IMG/VR virus record: IMGVR_UViG_3300037485_000206
Coordinates: 1,867 to 65,866 of that record
Strand: one strand, 5' to 3'
Source: a virus
Lineage: Duplodnaviria > Caudoviricetes
DNA: 64,000 nt
In this document: one piece after another, positions 9,215-17,864 of the stretch
Position numbering within the stretch: the first letter of the stretch is position 1
Layout of the letters: each line of letters opens with the position of its first letter
The notes under the pieces: generated by a model
What the model was told of the DNA's origin: nothing
What the model saw: only the letters and a program-made list of their open reading frames with translations
Databases searched by the model: none
Program-made: the position numbers and the translations under genes

Positions 9215-10126
9215 ATGGCTATCTCACGCGCACAACTGCTTAAAGAACTGCTTCCGGGCCTGAACGCCCTGTTTGGTTTGGAGTACGCTCGCTACGGCGA
9301 AGAGCACAAAGAAATCTACGAAACCGAGAAGTCGGAACGTAGCTTTGAAGAAGAAACCAAGCTTGCTGGTTTCTCCGCTGCTCCCGTCAAGAACGAAGGT
9401 TCGGCTATCGCTTACGACAATGCTCAAGAGGCATTCACCGCTCGCTATAACCACGAAACCATCGCTCTGGGCTTCTCGATCACCGAAGAAGCTGTGGAAG
9501 ATAACTTGTATGACAGCCTGTCGGCTCGTTATACCAAGGCTCTCGCCCGCGCTATGGCGTACACCAAGCAAGTCAAGGCCGCTTCGGTCTTGAACAACGG
9601 CTTCTCCAATGCCTATCTGGGTGGTGACGGCGCTTCGCTGTTCAGTACCTCGCATAGCTTGGTGAACGGTGGCACCAACAGCAATCGTCCTTCGACGAAC
9701 GCTGACTTGAACGAAACCTCGTTGGAAAATGCTGTGATTCAAATCGCTGCATGGACTGATGAGCGCGGTCTGCTGATCGCCGCCAAGCCTAAGAAGCTGA
9801 TCATCCCGCCTGCTCTGATGTTCGTTGCTACCCGTCTGTTGGAAACCAGCCTCCGCGTTGGCACCACCGACAACGATATCAACGCCCTGAAGAACAACGG
9901 TTCGATCCCAGAAGGCTACACCGTCAACCACTTCTTGACCGACAACAACGGCTGGTTCCTGACCACCGATGTGCCTAACGGTCTGAAGCACTTCGAGCGT
10001 ATGGCTTTGGCTAACTCGATGGACGGCGACTTTGATACGGGCAACGTCCGTTACAAGGCCCGCGAGCGTTATTCGTTCGGCTGGTCGGATCCACTGGGCG
10101 TCTTCGGTTCGCCCGGAACGACCTGA
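9215..10126 (+). CDS. major capsid protein (HK97 fold, Mu gpT-like)
   Basis: MAISRAQLLKELLPGLNALFG...RYKARERYSFGWSD; highly biased codons; strong RBS; terminator follows. Confidence 0.9.
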   Translation: MAISRAQLLKELLPGLNALFGLEYARYGEEHKEIYETEKSERSFEEETKLAGFSAAPVKNEGSAIAYDNAQEAFTARYNHETIALGFSITEEAVEDNLYDSLSARYTKALARAMAYTKQVKAASVLNNGFSNAYLGGDGASLFSTSHSLVNGGTNSNRPSTNADLNETSLENAVIQIAAWTDERGLLIAAKPKKLIIPPALMFVATRLLETSLRVGTTDNDINALKNNGSIPEGYTVNHFLTDNNGWFLTTDVPNGLKHFERMALANSMDGDFDTGNVRYKARERYSFGWSDPLGVFGSPGTT

Positions 10127-10141
10127 TCGTAAGTAGTATGG

Positions 10142-10167
10142 AAAAGGGAGCTTCGGCTCCCTTTTTT
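10142..10167 (+). terminator. intrinsic terminator after MCP
   Basis: AAAAGGGAGC-TTCG-GCTCCCTTTTTT with cUUCGg loop. Confidence 0.9.
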
Positions 10168-10168
10168 A

Positions 10169-10197
10169 TTGCACACCCTATTCACTTGTGGTACAAC
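10169..10197 (+). promoter_or_regulatory. putative sigma70 promoter
   Basis: TTGCAC-17 nt-TACAAC with a TG extension. Confidence 0.5.
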
Positions 10198-10277
10198 TGC
10201 TGTACCAAGACTACTTGGCTTGTTGACTGACTTGGCAGACTACTCCTCAAGACAGCAAGCCCTACTGAGGACTCATC

Positions 10278-10760
10278 ATGTCGTTTTCTAGCTTCTCCGG
10301 CCCCCTGCGCGTCGGTACTGTACTCAACAACCCCGGTCGCAATGCTGGCCTTGTGGTTCTGAGCCAATCTTATGACTCTGGCGACCTGACCGGCGCGGTC
10401 ATTGGCAACTATGATGTTGCCGCCATGATCCTTCCCGCTGGCGCACAGATCATCAATATCGTGATTGACCAAGTGGTTGCAGCAACCACGGGCACGACTA
10501 CCGTTTCGGTTGGTACCGCTTCTGGCGGCGCTCAACTGTCCGCTGCTGTTGCTACCACCGCTGGGGGCCGCTTCACGGGCACGACCACGGCTGCTACGCA
10601 GCTTGCATGGCAAACCTCCACCACTGCTGACACGACCGTCTATATTCGTGATGTCGTCGGTACGGGCACCTTGGGCGCTGGCCGGTTCATCGTGACCGTG
10701 AACTATGCGCAGAAGGTTGTGGCTAGCGGCGTGGCTATTGCCAACCCTGTTTCTGCCTAA
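10278..10760 (+). CDS. virion structural protein (minor capsid/decoration-like)
   Basis: Beta-rich; LPAGAQIINIVID motif; follows MCP. Confidence 0.7.
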   Translation: MSFSSFSGPLRVGTVLNNPGRNAGLVVLSQSYDSGDLTGAVIGNYDVAAMILPAGAQIINIVIDQVVAATTGTTTVSVGTASGGAQLSAAVATTAGGRFTGTTTAATQLAWQTSTTADTTVYIRDVVGTGTLGAGRFIVTVNYAQKVVASGVAIANPVSA

Positions 10761-10768
10761 TTAGTCTC

Positions 10769-10790
10769 GGGGGCTTCGGCCCCCTCTTCA
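10769..10790 (+). terminator. cUUCGg hairpin, weak terminator or RNA stabiliser
   Basis: GGGGGC-TTCG-GCCCCC followed by TCTTCA. Confidence 0.55.
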
Positions 10791-10802
10791 TAGGAGTGCC
10801 TC

Positions 10803-11057
10803 ATGGCAAAGACTAATTACTCGCCCACATTTCCAATGTATCCGGGTGATGCGGAAGCTGTAACCACAAGCGATACCGTTTCATTCCCCACGGGGTCTAT
10901 CGTCTTTGTAGGCGGTGGCGGTACGGTTCGTGTGCTGACTGTTCAGGGCAGCGATGTCACGTTCATTGGTGTGTTGGCTGGTTCAGTTCTTCCTGTTCAG
11001 GTGATTCAAGTGTTTGCGAGCACGACGACCGCCACGAACATGGTCAGGATTTTCTGA
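10803..11057 (+). CDS. small structural protein (head spike base-like)
   Basis: VFVGGGGTVRV...GSVLPVQVIQVFASTTTATNMV beta pattern; RBS. Confidence 0.65.
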   Translation: MAKTNYSPTFPMYPGDAEAVTTSDTVSFPTGSIVFVGGGGTVRVLTVQGSDVTFIGVLAGSVLPVQVIQVFASTTTATNMVRIF

Positions 11058-12067
11058 TGACATTCGGGTTTGGTATGGGGTTCCCACGGGCCTCGTCCGC
11101 TGCGGGCGGGCCTTCGCTCAACTTGCAGTTTGCAGGGAGCACCACGCTCGACCCACGTATTACCTTCACCAGAGCAAGTTCTGGTTCGTACTACAACTCA
11201 GCGGGCGTCTTGACCTTGGCAGGTACAAACGTGCCCCGCCTCGACTATAACCCCTCGACGCTACAGCCACAGGGCTTGCTGATCGAGGAGGCGCGGACGA
11301 ATCTGCTGCTCAACAGCCTAATTAACGGCACCAATCTAACCACTCAGACCGTTACCGTAACAGCAGTAGCAACCACGCTATCATTTTACGGAACCGGCAC
11401 GGTTGTTTTGTCTGGGGTAGCTACTGCCACAGTAGCTGGTACGGGCGCATACCCGTCTCGTCAAACCTATACCTTTACCCCAACCGCTGGTGCTTTAATT
11501 TTAACGGTTACGGGTACGGTTCAGTTTGCTCAACTTGAAGCCGGTGCATTTGCCACCTCATACATCCCTACAGCCGCAGCAGCAGCAACCCGCGCAGTAG
11601 ACAACGCATCCATCACCACGTTGACGCCTTGGTACAACGCGACTGAGGGGACGTTGATGGCTGTTGCCGCTCCATACTCGCCGGTAACTTCCACCATAAA
11701 AATTCTTGTGTCATTTGATGATGGGACGTTTGCACAAAGAGCGCAAATAGTTAAAACGTCTGGAACGAGTTTTGTAAATGGGGTGGTAACGGTTGGCACT
11801 GCTGTATATACCGGATCGGTAACAACGCCGTGGGCGATTGATACCATTGGTAAAACCGCGCTTGCGTATAAGTCCTCCGACAATAAGATAGCATTTAATG
11901 GGGTATTGGACACTGTGGCTACTAGCACAGCCGGAGTGCCAACGGTAACAAAACTTACAATTGGCGCTAGATATGACGGCGGAACTCCTTGGGGTGGCGC
12001 AATTAGTTCCATCACCTATTACCCCCGCCGCCTGAGCGACACCGAACTTCAATCCATCACGGCATAA
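11057..12067 (+). CDS. head spike/fibre protein with LamG/ConA-like C-terminal domain
   Basis: TFTRASS...PRLDY...GLLIEEARTNLL...AQLEAGAFATSYIPT...YYPRRLSDTELQ. Confidence 0.7.
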   Translation: MTFGFGMGFPRASSAAGGPSLNLQFAGSTTLDPRITFTRASSGSYYNSAGVLTLAGTNVPRLDYNPSTLQPQGLLIEEARTNLLLNSLINGTNLTTQTVTVTAVATTLSFYGTGTVVLSGVATATVAGTGAYPSRQTYTFTPTAGALILTVTGTVQFAQLEAGAFATSYIPTAAAAATRAVDNASITTLTPWYNATEGTLMAVAAPYSPVTSTIKILVSFDDGTFAQRAQIVKTSGTSFVNGVVTVGTAVYTGSVTTPWAIDTIGKTALAYKSSDNKIAFNGVLDTVATSTAGVPTVTKLTIGARYDGGTPWGGAISSITYYPRRLSDTELQSITA

Positions 12068-12068
12068 C

Positions 12069-12365
12069 ATGGACTACTTCCTCAAGTTCACTAGCCAGAA
12101 GGCGGCTGATGCCGTTCTATTTGCTAAAGACACGATCCTTGTTGACGGCGTATCGGAAGTTGTGATGCGACCGAAGTACACGGCCATTGATGTCATCGGT
12201 ACAATCTACAAGCCGACTGGTAACATTACCACCGTAGATGACGTTCGGACTCCTGAGATGGCTGCGGTGACTGGCTACCACGTTAATGTGCGCCATGACG
12301 CAGAAGCACCAGAGTTGGATTCTTATGTGATTCAAGTCGCCACCCCATCGCGTGTTTGGGCATAA
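12069..12365 (+). CDS. hypothetical protein (partner of fibre gene)
   Basis: IDVIGTIYKPTG...GYHVNVR...TPSRVWA. Confidence 0.7.
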   Translation: MDYFLKFTSQKAADAVLFAKDTILVDGVSEVVMRPKYTAIDVIGTIYKPTGNITTVDDVRTPEMAAVTGYHVNVRHDAEAPELDSYVIQVATPSRVWA

Positions 12366-12367
12366 TC

Positions 12368-12622
12368 ATGGCTAAGTCACCGGCTTGGACTCGTAAGGAA
12401 GGCAAAGCGGAAGCTGGCGGATTGAACGCCAAAGGCCGCGCCTCTTACAACAAAGCCAATCCGGGCAAGCCGGGGCTCAAGGCTCCGCAGCCTGAAGGTG
12501 GTTCACGCAAGGATTCATTCTGTGCCCGGATGTCAGGTATGAAGAAGAAGCTGACAAGTGCTAAAACCGCCAACGACCCAGACAGCCGCATCAACAAAAG
12601 CCTCAAAGCGTGGAGGTGCTAA
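12368..12622 (+). CDS. small basic phage protein
   Basis: MAKSPAWTRKEGK...GGLNAKGRASY...SFCARMSG...W-x-C end. Confidence 0.75.
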   Translation: MAKSPAWTRKEGKAEAGGLNAKGRASYNKANPGKPGLKAPQPEGGSRKDSFCARMSGMKKKLTSAKTANDPDSRINKSLKAWRC

Positions 12623-12623
12623 A

Positions 12624-12800
12624 ATGGATCACGAACACTCAGAACTGTTTAAGCATACCCTTGACGCGGTATCAGTAGTAACCGTAATAGGGGCTCTTGT
12701 GGATGTACTGCCAGCTATTGCGGCACTGTTTACGATCATTTGGACTGGTATCCGTATCTGGGAAAGCGATACGGTACAGGGTTGGCTTGGGAGAAAGTAA
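12624..12800 (+). CDS. small membrane protein (holin-like)
   Basis: Hydrophobic segments, IWTGIRIWESDTVQ; GGAGG RBS. Confidence 0.6.
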   Translation: MDHEHSELFKHTLDAVSVVTVIGALVDVLPAIAALFTIIWTGIRIWESDTVQGWLGRK

Positions 12801-13147
12801 TGCCATCTACGTCCAAGAAACAGCATAATTTCATGGCGGCAATCGCCAACAACCCTTCTTTTGCAAAGAAAGTAGGGATCCCCCAGAGCGTAGGCTCTGA
12901 CTTCGTTAAGGCCGATAAAGGCCGTAAATTTGCAAAAGGTGGTGATATGGCTACTAAGAAAAAGCTCCCAGCATTTATGATGGATAAAGAAGACAAAGAG
13001 ATGAAGGGTAAAGCCAAGGGCAATCCGTTCGCCAAGGGCAAGCCTTTCGCCAAGGGCGGTTTTGTTCGCGCTGCTGACGGCGTTGCTACCAAGGGCAAGA
13101 CCAAAGCCAAGCAAATCAAGATGGCTGGCGGCGGAAGCTGCAAGTAA
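12800..13147 (+). CDS. Lys-rich protein with FAKGG motifs
   Basis: MPSTSKKQHNFMAA...FAKGG x2, MAGGG. Confidence 0.75.
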   Translation: MPSTSKKQHNFMAAIANNPSFAKKVGIPQSVGSDFVKADKGRKFAKGGDMATKKKLPAFMMDKEDKEMKGKAKGNPFAKGKPFAKGGFVRAADGVATKGKTKAKQIKMAGGGSCK

Positions 13148-13156
13148 GGAATCATC

Positions 13157-13372
13157 ATGGCACGCCCTATTGTTTACCCCGGTGATGTCCCCGTGGACGA
13201 ACCCACAGTCGACCTACCTAAACCGAAGCCAGCGCCTAAGCGTAAGGACAAGGCGGTTGTGTATCCAAAGGACGCGCCCGTGGATGAGCCCGTCAAGAAG
13301 ATGGCTAAAGGCGGCGTGACCCGTGCTGATGGCTGCGCCCAGCGCGGCAAGACGAAAGGCAGGATGGTGTAA
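13157..13372 (+). CDS. small basic protein (MAKGG, RADGCAQRGKT)
   Basis: RBS; internal repeat VYP-x-D-x-PVDEP. Confidence 0.7.
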   Translation: MARPIVYPGDVPVDEPTVDLPKPKPAPKRKDKAVVYPKDAPVDEPVKKMAKGGVTRADGCAQRGKTKGRMV

Positions 13373-13734
13373 TGGTACTCCCAGTAATAGCGAGAATGGC
13401 TGCGGCTGCGGCTGCAAAGCAAATAGGCAAAGCAGGGGCTAAACGCGCCAGTAAAGAAGCGGCGGAACAAGCCGCTAAAGCGGAAGCAAAATCTGTTGAC
13501 TTCATGCCCGGAGCGCGTAGAACAGGTACAAGAGCGGCAAAAGATACTAAAGAACCTACCGAATATACGCCAGAAGTATCTGGGCGTATGCGTTTTCGGA
13601 GACAAGACGAAGATGTGGTCCCTGAAGACCGTACTCCTCGCATGAGCGATGACTACAAAAAGGGCGGCAAAGTCAAGTCTTCTGCTTCCAAGCGGGCTGA
13701 CGGTATCGCTCAACGCGGGAAGACACGAGCATGA
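13372..13734 (+). CDS. small basic protein (YKKGG, RADGIAQRGKT)
   Basis: Translationally coupled ORF. Confidence 0.7.
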   Translation: MVLPVIARMAAAAAAKQIGKAGAKRASKEAAEQAAKAEAKSVDFMPGARRTGTRAAKDTKEPTEYTPEVSGRMRFRRQDEDVVPEDRTPRMSDDYKKGGKVKSSASKRADGIAQRGKTRA

Positions 13735-13988
13735 TCGCCAGTCGCGGCATGGGGGATATCAGCCCCTCCAAGATGCCCGGAGGCAAGAAGAAAGCCCGCC
13801 GCGACGACACGGCGTTCACGCAATATGCTGAAGGCGGCAAAGTAGGTCTGTACGACAATATCAACGCCAAGCGTAAGCGAATTGCTCAAGGCTCTGGCGA
13901 GAAGATGCGTTCTGTTGGTCAGTCGGGTGCGCCCACGGCTCAAGCCTTCAAGCAATCCGCAAAAACACGTAAAGGAATAATGAAATGA
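13731..13988 (+). CDS. small basic protein (YAEGG, GLYDNINAKRKRI)
   Basis: ATGA-coupled ORF. Confidence 0.7.
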   Translation: MIASRGMGDISPSKMPGGKKKARRDDTAFTQYAEGGKVGLYDNINAKRKRIAQGSGEKMRSVGQSGAPTAQAFKQSAKTRKGIMK

Positions 13989-14512
13989 GTGCAGGCGGAA
14001 GTGCCCCAATGGGCGGCGGTCAATTAGGTGGTCCTACGCAAGCAGGCGGTCAATTGGGTGGTCCTACGCAGATGGGCGGTATGCCCGGAGGCCAGAACCC
14101 AATACAGCAGGCCCAGATGCAGCAACAGTCCTTCCAAGGTGGTCCTTTGGGTAGTCCTAGCCCATTCCCGCAAGGTTTTACACCGCAAATGCCGCCCCAA
14201 GGCGCGGCTGGTATGCCACCCCACCTTGCTAATGTGCTTGCAAAACATCCTGAAATTCGAGGGCAGTTTGCGAATTCGGCAGGAGGCAAGGGCGGTATGC
14301 CCGGAGCGCAGCAGAACCCGATGCAGCAGATGGGCGGCGGTGTGTTTGGCATGAGACGCGCCATCGCTGATTTGTCTAATCGTACCGGCTCCGCCCCAAT
14401 GCAGCAGCAGAACCCAATGCAGCAGAACCCAATGCAGCAGAACCCAATGCAACAGCAAGGTCTCGCCTCGCTGCTCAAGCCTCAACAGTCGTCAACTAAC
14501 TCGTTGCAATAA
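13985..14512 (+). CDS. low-complexity Q/M/G/P-rich protein
   Basis: ATGA coupling; GGQLGGPTQ x2 and MQQNP repeats. Confidence 0.65.
   Translation: MSAGGSAPMGGGQLGGPTQAGGQLGGPTQMGGMPGGQNPIQQAQMQQQSFQGGPLGSPSPFPQGFTPQMPPQGAAGMPPHLANVLAKHPEIRGQFANSAGGKGGMPGAQQNPMQQMGGGVFGMRRAIADLSNRTGSAPMQQQNPMQQNPMQQNPMQQQGLASLLKPQQSSTNSLQ
14404..14448 (+). repeat. 15-bp tandem repeat GCAGCAGAACCCAAT x3
   Basis: Read directly from the sequence. Confidence 0.9.
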
Positions 14513-15204
14513 TGGCTACCTCTGGAACCACAGCATTCAATCTTGACCTGACCGAGTTGGTCGAGGAAGCGTTCGAGCGTTGTGGTTCGGAGCTTCGCAC
14601 TGGTTATGATCTCAAAACTGCTCGGCGTAGCCTTAATCTCCTGTTTGCTGATTGGGCTAATCGCGGGGTTAACATGTGGACTATTGAGCAGGGGTCTATT
14701 CCGCTTGTTCAAGGCACTGCAACGTACAACCTCCCGGCTGATACGGTGGATCTTCTAGAGCACGTTGTACGTACAGGCGCAGGCAGTTCGGCAACCCAAG
14801 CTGATCTGACCATCACGCGCATCTCTGTATCTACCTACGCTACGATCCCCAACAAGCTGAGCCAGTCTAGGCCAATTCAGATCTACATCAACCGCCAAGC
14901 CCCGGTGCCCAACGTCACCGTTTGGCCGATCCCTGATGGCGCTCAGACCTACACGCTTGTGTACTGGCGGCTGCGTCGGATCCAAGACGCAGGCTCGGGC
15001 GTTAACACGATGGATGTGCCGTTCCGTTTCATCCCCTGCATGGTTGCAGGACTGGCCTACTACCTCGCGCTGAAGCTGCCTGACGGCATCAACCGGCTCG
15101 ACACACTCAAGGCGCAGTACGACGAAGCTTGGGATTTGGCCTCTTCTGAAGACCGTGAGAAGGCGGCGGTGCGGTTCGTGCCCCGGCAGATGTTCATAAA
15201 CTAA
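14512..15204 (+). CDS. head-tail adaptor-like protein
   Basis: MATSGTTAFNLD...ARRSLNLLFADWANRG...VWPIPD...LAYYLA pattern. Confidence 0.7.
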   Translation: MATSGTTAFNLDLTELVEEAFERCGSELRTGYDLKTARRSLNLLFADWANRGVNMWTIEQGSIPLVQGTATYNLPADTVDLLEHVVRTGAGSSATQADLTITRISVSTYATIPNKLSQSRPIQIYINRQAPVPNVTVWPIPDGAQTYTLVYWRLRRIQDAGSGVNTMDVPFRFIPCMVAGLAYYLALKLPDGINRLDTLKAQYDEAWDLASSEDREKAAVRFVPRQMFIN

Positions 15205-15205
15205 G

Positions 15206-15595
15206 ATGGGCAACAGGTTCTCATCTGGCAAAAATGCCATCGCGGAGTGCGACCGATGTGGACAACGGTTTAAGCTGACTGCGCTCAAGAAGGAAGTGAT
15301 AAAGACCAAGACGTACAACCTCTTGGTTTGCTCTGTCTGCTGGGATCCAGATCATCCGCAACTTCAACTAGGTATGTATCCGGTTGATGATCCTCAAGCA
15401 GTGCGAGAGCCTCGCCGGGATCAGAGCTACTACCAGTCTGGTCTTTTGAGCGACGGCAATCAGGGCGAAGGTAGCCGAGTCTTTGAGTGGGGGTGGAACC
15501 CAGTTGGTGGAGCTAGTAGCTTTGACACAGCACTAACACCAAATAGCTTGGTTGCACAAGGTATTGTTGGTACAGTCACAGTAGTGACGACGTAA
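15206..15595 (+). CDS. zinc-ribbon protein
   Basis: CDRC...CSVC; DPDHPQL. Confidence 0.75.
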   Translation: MGNRFSSGKNAIAECDRCGQRFKLTALKKEVIKTKTYNLLVCSVCWDPDHPQLQLGMYPVDDPQAVREPRRDQSYYQSGLLSDGNQGEGSRVFEWGWNPVGGASSFDTALTPNSLVAQGIVGTVTVVTT

Positions 15596-15604
15596 GGAGG
15601 CCAT

Positions 15605-15769
15605 ATGGCTAAGGACATTAAAAAGGCGCTCAAGGCGCACATGATGAAGGGCAAGAACGCCCACCCCGATAGTGCTGCTAAAGGCATGAAAAAGGGTGGT
15701 CCTACCTCTGAGGATCGTATGCGACTGGGCAAGAACCTGTCCCGTGCGGCTAACCAAAAGACGGGTTGA
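15605..15769 (+). CDS. small basic protein (MAKDIKKALKAH...MKKGG), absent from ORF track
   Basis: 54 aa; AAGGAGG RBS; manual translation. Confidence 0.7.
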   Translation: MAKDIKKALKAHMMKGKNAHPDSAAKGMKKGGPTSEDRMRLGKNLSRAANQKTG

Positions 15770-15772
15770 ATC

Positions 15773-16009
15773 ATGGCTAAGATCAACAACAAGCCCGCTG
15801 CAGCTTATGCAGCCCCGCACACGATGTCGGGCAAGTCTGTTGGCATCAACGACTACGGCAAAAAGCCAACCATGCCGCGTAAAGAGGACTGGGTTCCGCT
15901 TGCAGGCGTCTCCATTGGAGACAACGGCGGTGTCAAGACTGACGGCATCAGGATCCGTGGCGTCGGCGCAGCTACTAAGGGCGTGATGGCGAGAGGTCCG
16001 ATGGCATGA
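15773..16009 (+). CDS. small basic protein (IRGVGAATKG)
   Basis: ORF coupled to downstream gene. Confidence 0.7.
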   Translation: MAKINNKPAAAYAAPHTMSGKSVGINDYGKKPTMPRKEDWVPLAGVSIGDNGGVKTDGIRIRGVGAATKGVMARGPMA

Positions 16010-16665
16010 ACTATTCGGCGCTTGTAACTGCGATCTCCGACTACACGGAGAATCAATTTGCCACCACGGATATGAACACGTTCATAACGCAGGCAGAGCA
16101 GCGCATTTACAACACGATTCAGTTCCCATCGCTCCGTAAGAACGTCACGGGTACGACAACGGTGAGCAATCCGTATCTGACTTGCCCGACTGACTTCCTC
16201 TCAGCGTACTCGGTAGCGGTCTATCCCGCTGCTGGTGGGGCGTACTCGTTCCTGCTGAACAAGGATGTGAACTTCATTCGTGAGGCGTATCCCGACCCAT
16301 CCTCTATAGGCCAGCCAAAGTTCTACGCCCTGTTCGGGCCAGACTACACGGTTCCTACGGAACTCACCTTCATCCTCGGACCTACGCCCGACGCTGCATA
16401 CAAGGTTGAGTTGCACTACTTCTACTACCCAGAGTCCATTACGACTACGGTGGGTGGTCAGACTTGGCTGGGAGATAACTTCGACAGCGTCCTGCTTTAC
16501 GGTTCGCTCGTTGAAGCGTACATCTTCATGAAGGGTGAGGACGACATGATGAAGCTGTACGACGGGAAGTACAAGGAAGCTCTGGAATTGGCTAAACGTC
16601 TGGGCGATGGCCTTGAGCGCGGCGATGCCTACCGTAACGGGCAGTACCGACAAAAGGTAACTTGA
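16006..16665 (+). CDS. head-tail adaptor protein
   Basis: MNYSAL...FITQAEQRI...GPTPDAAY...LLYGSLVEAY pattern. Confidence 0.75.
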   Translation: MNYSALVTAISDYTENQFATTDMNTFITQAEQRIYNTIQFPSLRKNVTGTTTVSNPYLTCPTDFLSAYSVAVYPAAGGAYSFLLNKDVNFIREAYPDPSSIGQPKFYALFGPDYTVPTELTFILGPTPDAAYKVELHYFYYPESITTTVGGQTWLGDNFDSVLLYGSLVEAYIFMKGEDDMMKLYDGKYKEALELAKRLGDGLERGDAYRNGQYRQKVT

Positions 16666-16666
16666 C

Positions 16667-17080
16667 ATGTCGCTTACCCAGACGATGACCACCAGCTTCA
16701 AAGTGGAGCTACCCCAAGCAGTGCATAACCTCTTGACCGATTCGATCAAGATCGCGCTGTATACCGCCTCTGCAACGCTTAACGCTGATACGACTGTCTA
16801 CTCCTCAAGTAACGAGGTTGTAGCGTCTGGGTATACGGCAGGCGGGGTAGTGGTCACTGGCGTTACGATCAACTCCGCAAGCAATGTCGCATACATCAGT
16901 TTCACCAATCCTAGTTGGTCGGCTGCGCTGACGGCGCGTGGGGCATTGATCTACAACGCAACACAAGGCAACAAATCTATTGCTGTTCTTGACTTCGGCG
17001 CAGACAAAACCTCTGCCATCACGTTTACAATTCAGATGCCCGCCAACACCTACACCTCGGCTGTATTGCGGATCGTATAA
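16667..17080 (+). CDS. virion structural protein
   Basis: TTSFKVEL...KIALYT...GYTAGG...ARGALIYN...VLDFGADK. Confidence 0.75.
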   Translation: MSLTQTMTTSFKVELPQAVHNLLTDSIKIALYTASATLNADTTVYSSSNEVVASGYTAGGVVVTGVTINSASNVAYISFTNPSWSAALTARGALIYNATQGNKSIAVLDFGADKTSAITFTIQMPANTYTSAVLRIV

Positions 17081-17088
17081 GGAATACC

Positions 17089-17658
17089 ATGAACTCCGAA
17101 AAAATCACTGCCATTGACGCTTGTGGCACCTCTGTTGACAAGGGCGCTCCTGTCACCGAAACCATCGGCATCAAAGGCCACTACGATGTTGTCTGCATTG
17201 GTGCAGATGGGCAAGTCAAGTGGACTGATGCTATTGAGAATCTGGTGGTGACTGTCGGCAAGAACGACTTGCTTGACAAGTACTTTGCTGGCTCTGCTTA
17301 CAACGCTGCTTGGTACATGGGCTTGGTGGATAACGCTTCGTTCACCGCTTACGCCGCTGGCGATACGCTGGCCTCCCACACTGGCTGGCTGGAGAACTTG
17401 GGTTATACCAGCGCGACCCGACCCAGTGTAAGCTGGACTCCCGCCGCATCTGCGGGCTCAAAAACCGCCAGTGTTGTTGCGTTTGCAATCAATACCACCT
17501 CGACAATCTTGGGCGCGTTGATGACCGGATTGGCGACAAAAGGCACGACCACAAACGGCGGCGTAGGTATTTTGTACTCCGCTGGCACGTTCACTGGCGG
17601 CGCTCGCGCAGTTATCAGCGGCGATACGCTGAACGTCACTTACACCGCTTCTGTCTAA
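17089..17658 (+). CDS. virion structural protein
   Basis: NLVVTVGKN...GDTLNVTYT fibre-base pattern. Confidence 0.7.
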   Translation: MNSEKITAIDACGTSVDKGAPVTETIGIKGHYDVVCIGADGQVKWTDAIENLVVTVGKNDLLDKYFAGSAYNAAWYMGLVDNASFTAYAAGDTLASHTGWLENLGYTSATRPSVSWTPAASAGSKTASVVAFAINTTSTILGALMTGLATKGTTTNGGVGILYSAGTFTGGARAVISGDTLNVTYTASV

Positions 17659-17667
17659 GGAAACATC

Positions 17668-17847
17668 ATGGCAGCAACTTTCCCCGTTGGTAGCACCGTC
17701 AAGATCAACGCTATCGTTCCAGAAGGCCCAGTCAAAAAGATTCGTTTCAACGACGACAGCCTGATCGAGTATCTGGTGACTTGGGTAGACATTGACGGCG
17801 TTTCACAAGAGCGTTGGTTCTTGGAAGATTCATTGGTTGCTGCGTAA
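17668..17847 (+). CDS. small SH3-like hypothetical protein, absent from ORF track
   Basis: MAATFPVGSTVK...YLVTWVD...ERWFLEDSL; AAGGA RBS. Confidence 0.65.
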   Translation: MAATFPVGSTVKINAIVPEGPVKKIRFNDDSLIEYLVTWVDIDGVSQERWFLEDSLVAA

Positions 17848-17864
17848 CCCTTTAAGGGAAAACC

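Noticed and set aside
4160-9991. Long antisense ORFs (5247..6341, 8270..9169, 9224..9991) and similar ones such as 59466..60455
   Set aside because: Shadows of codon-biased genes on the opposite strand; no RBS or protein-like motifs.
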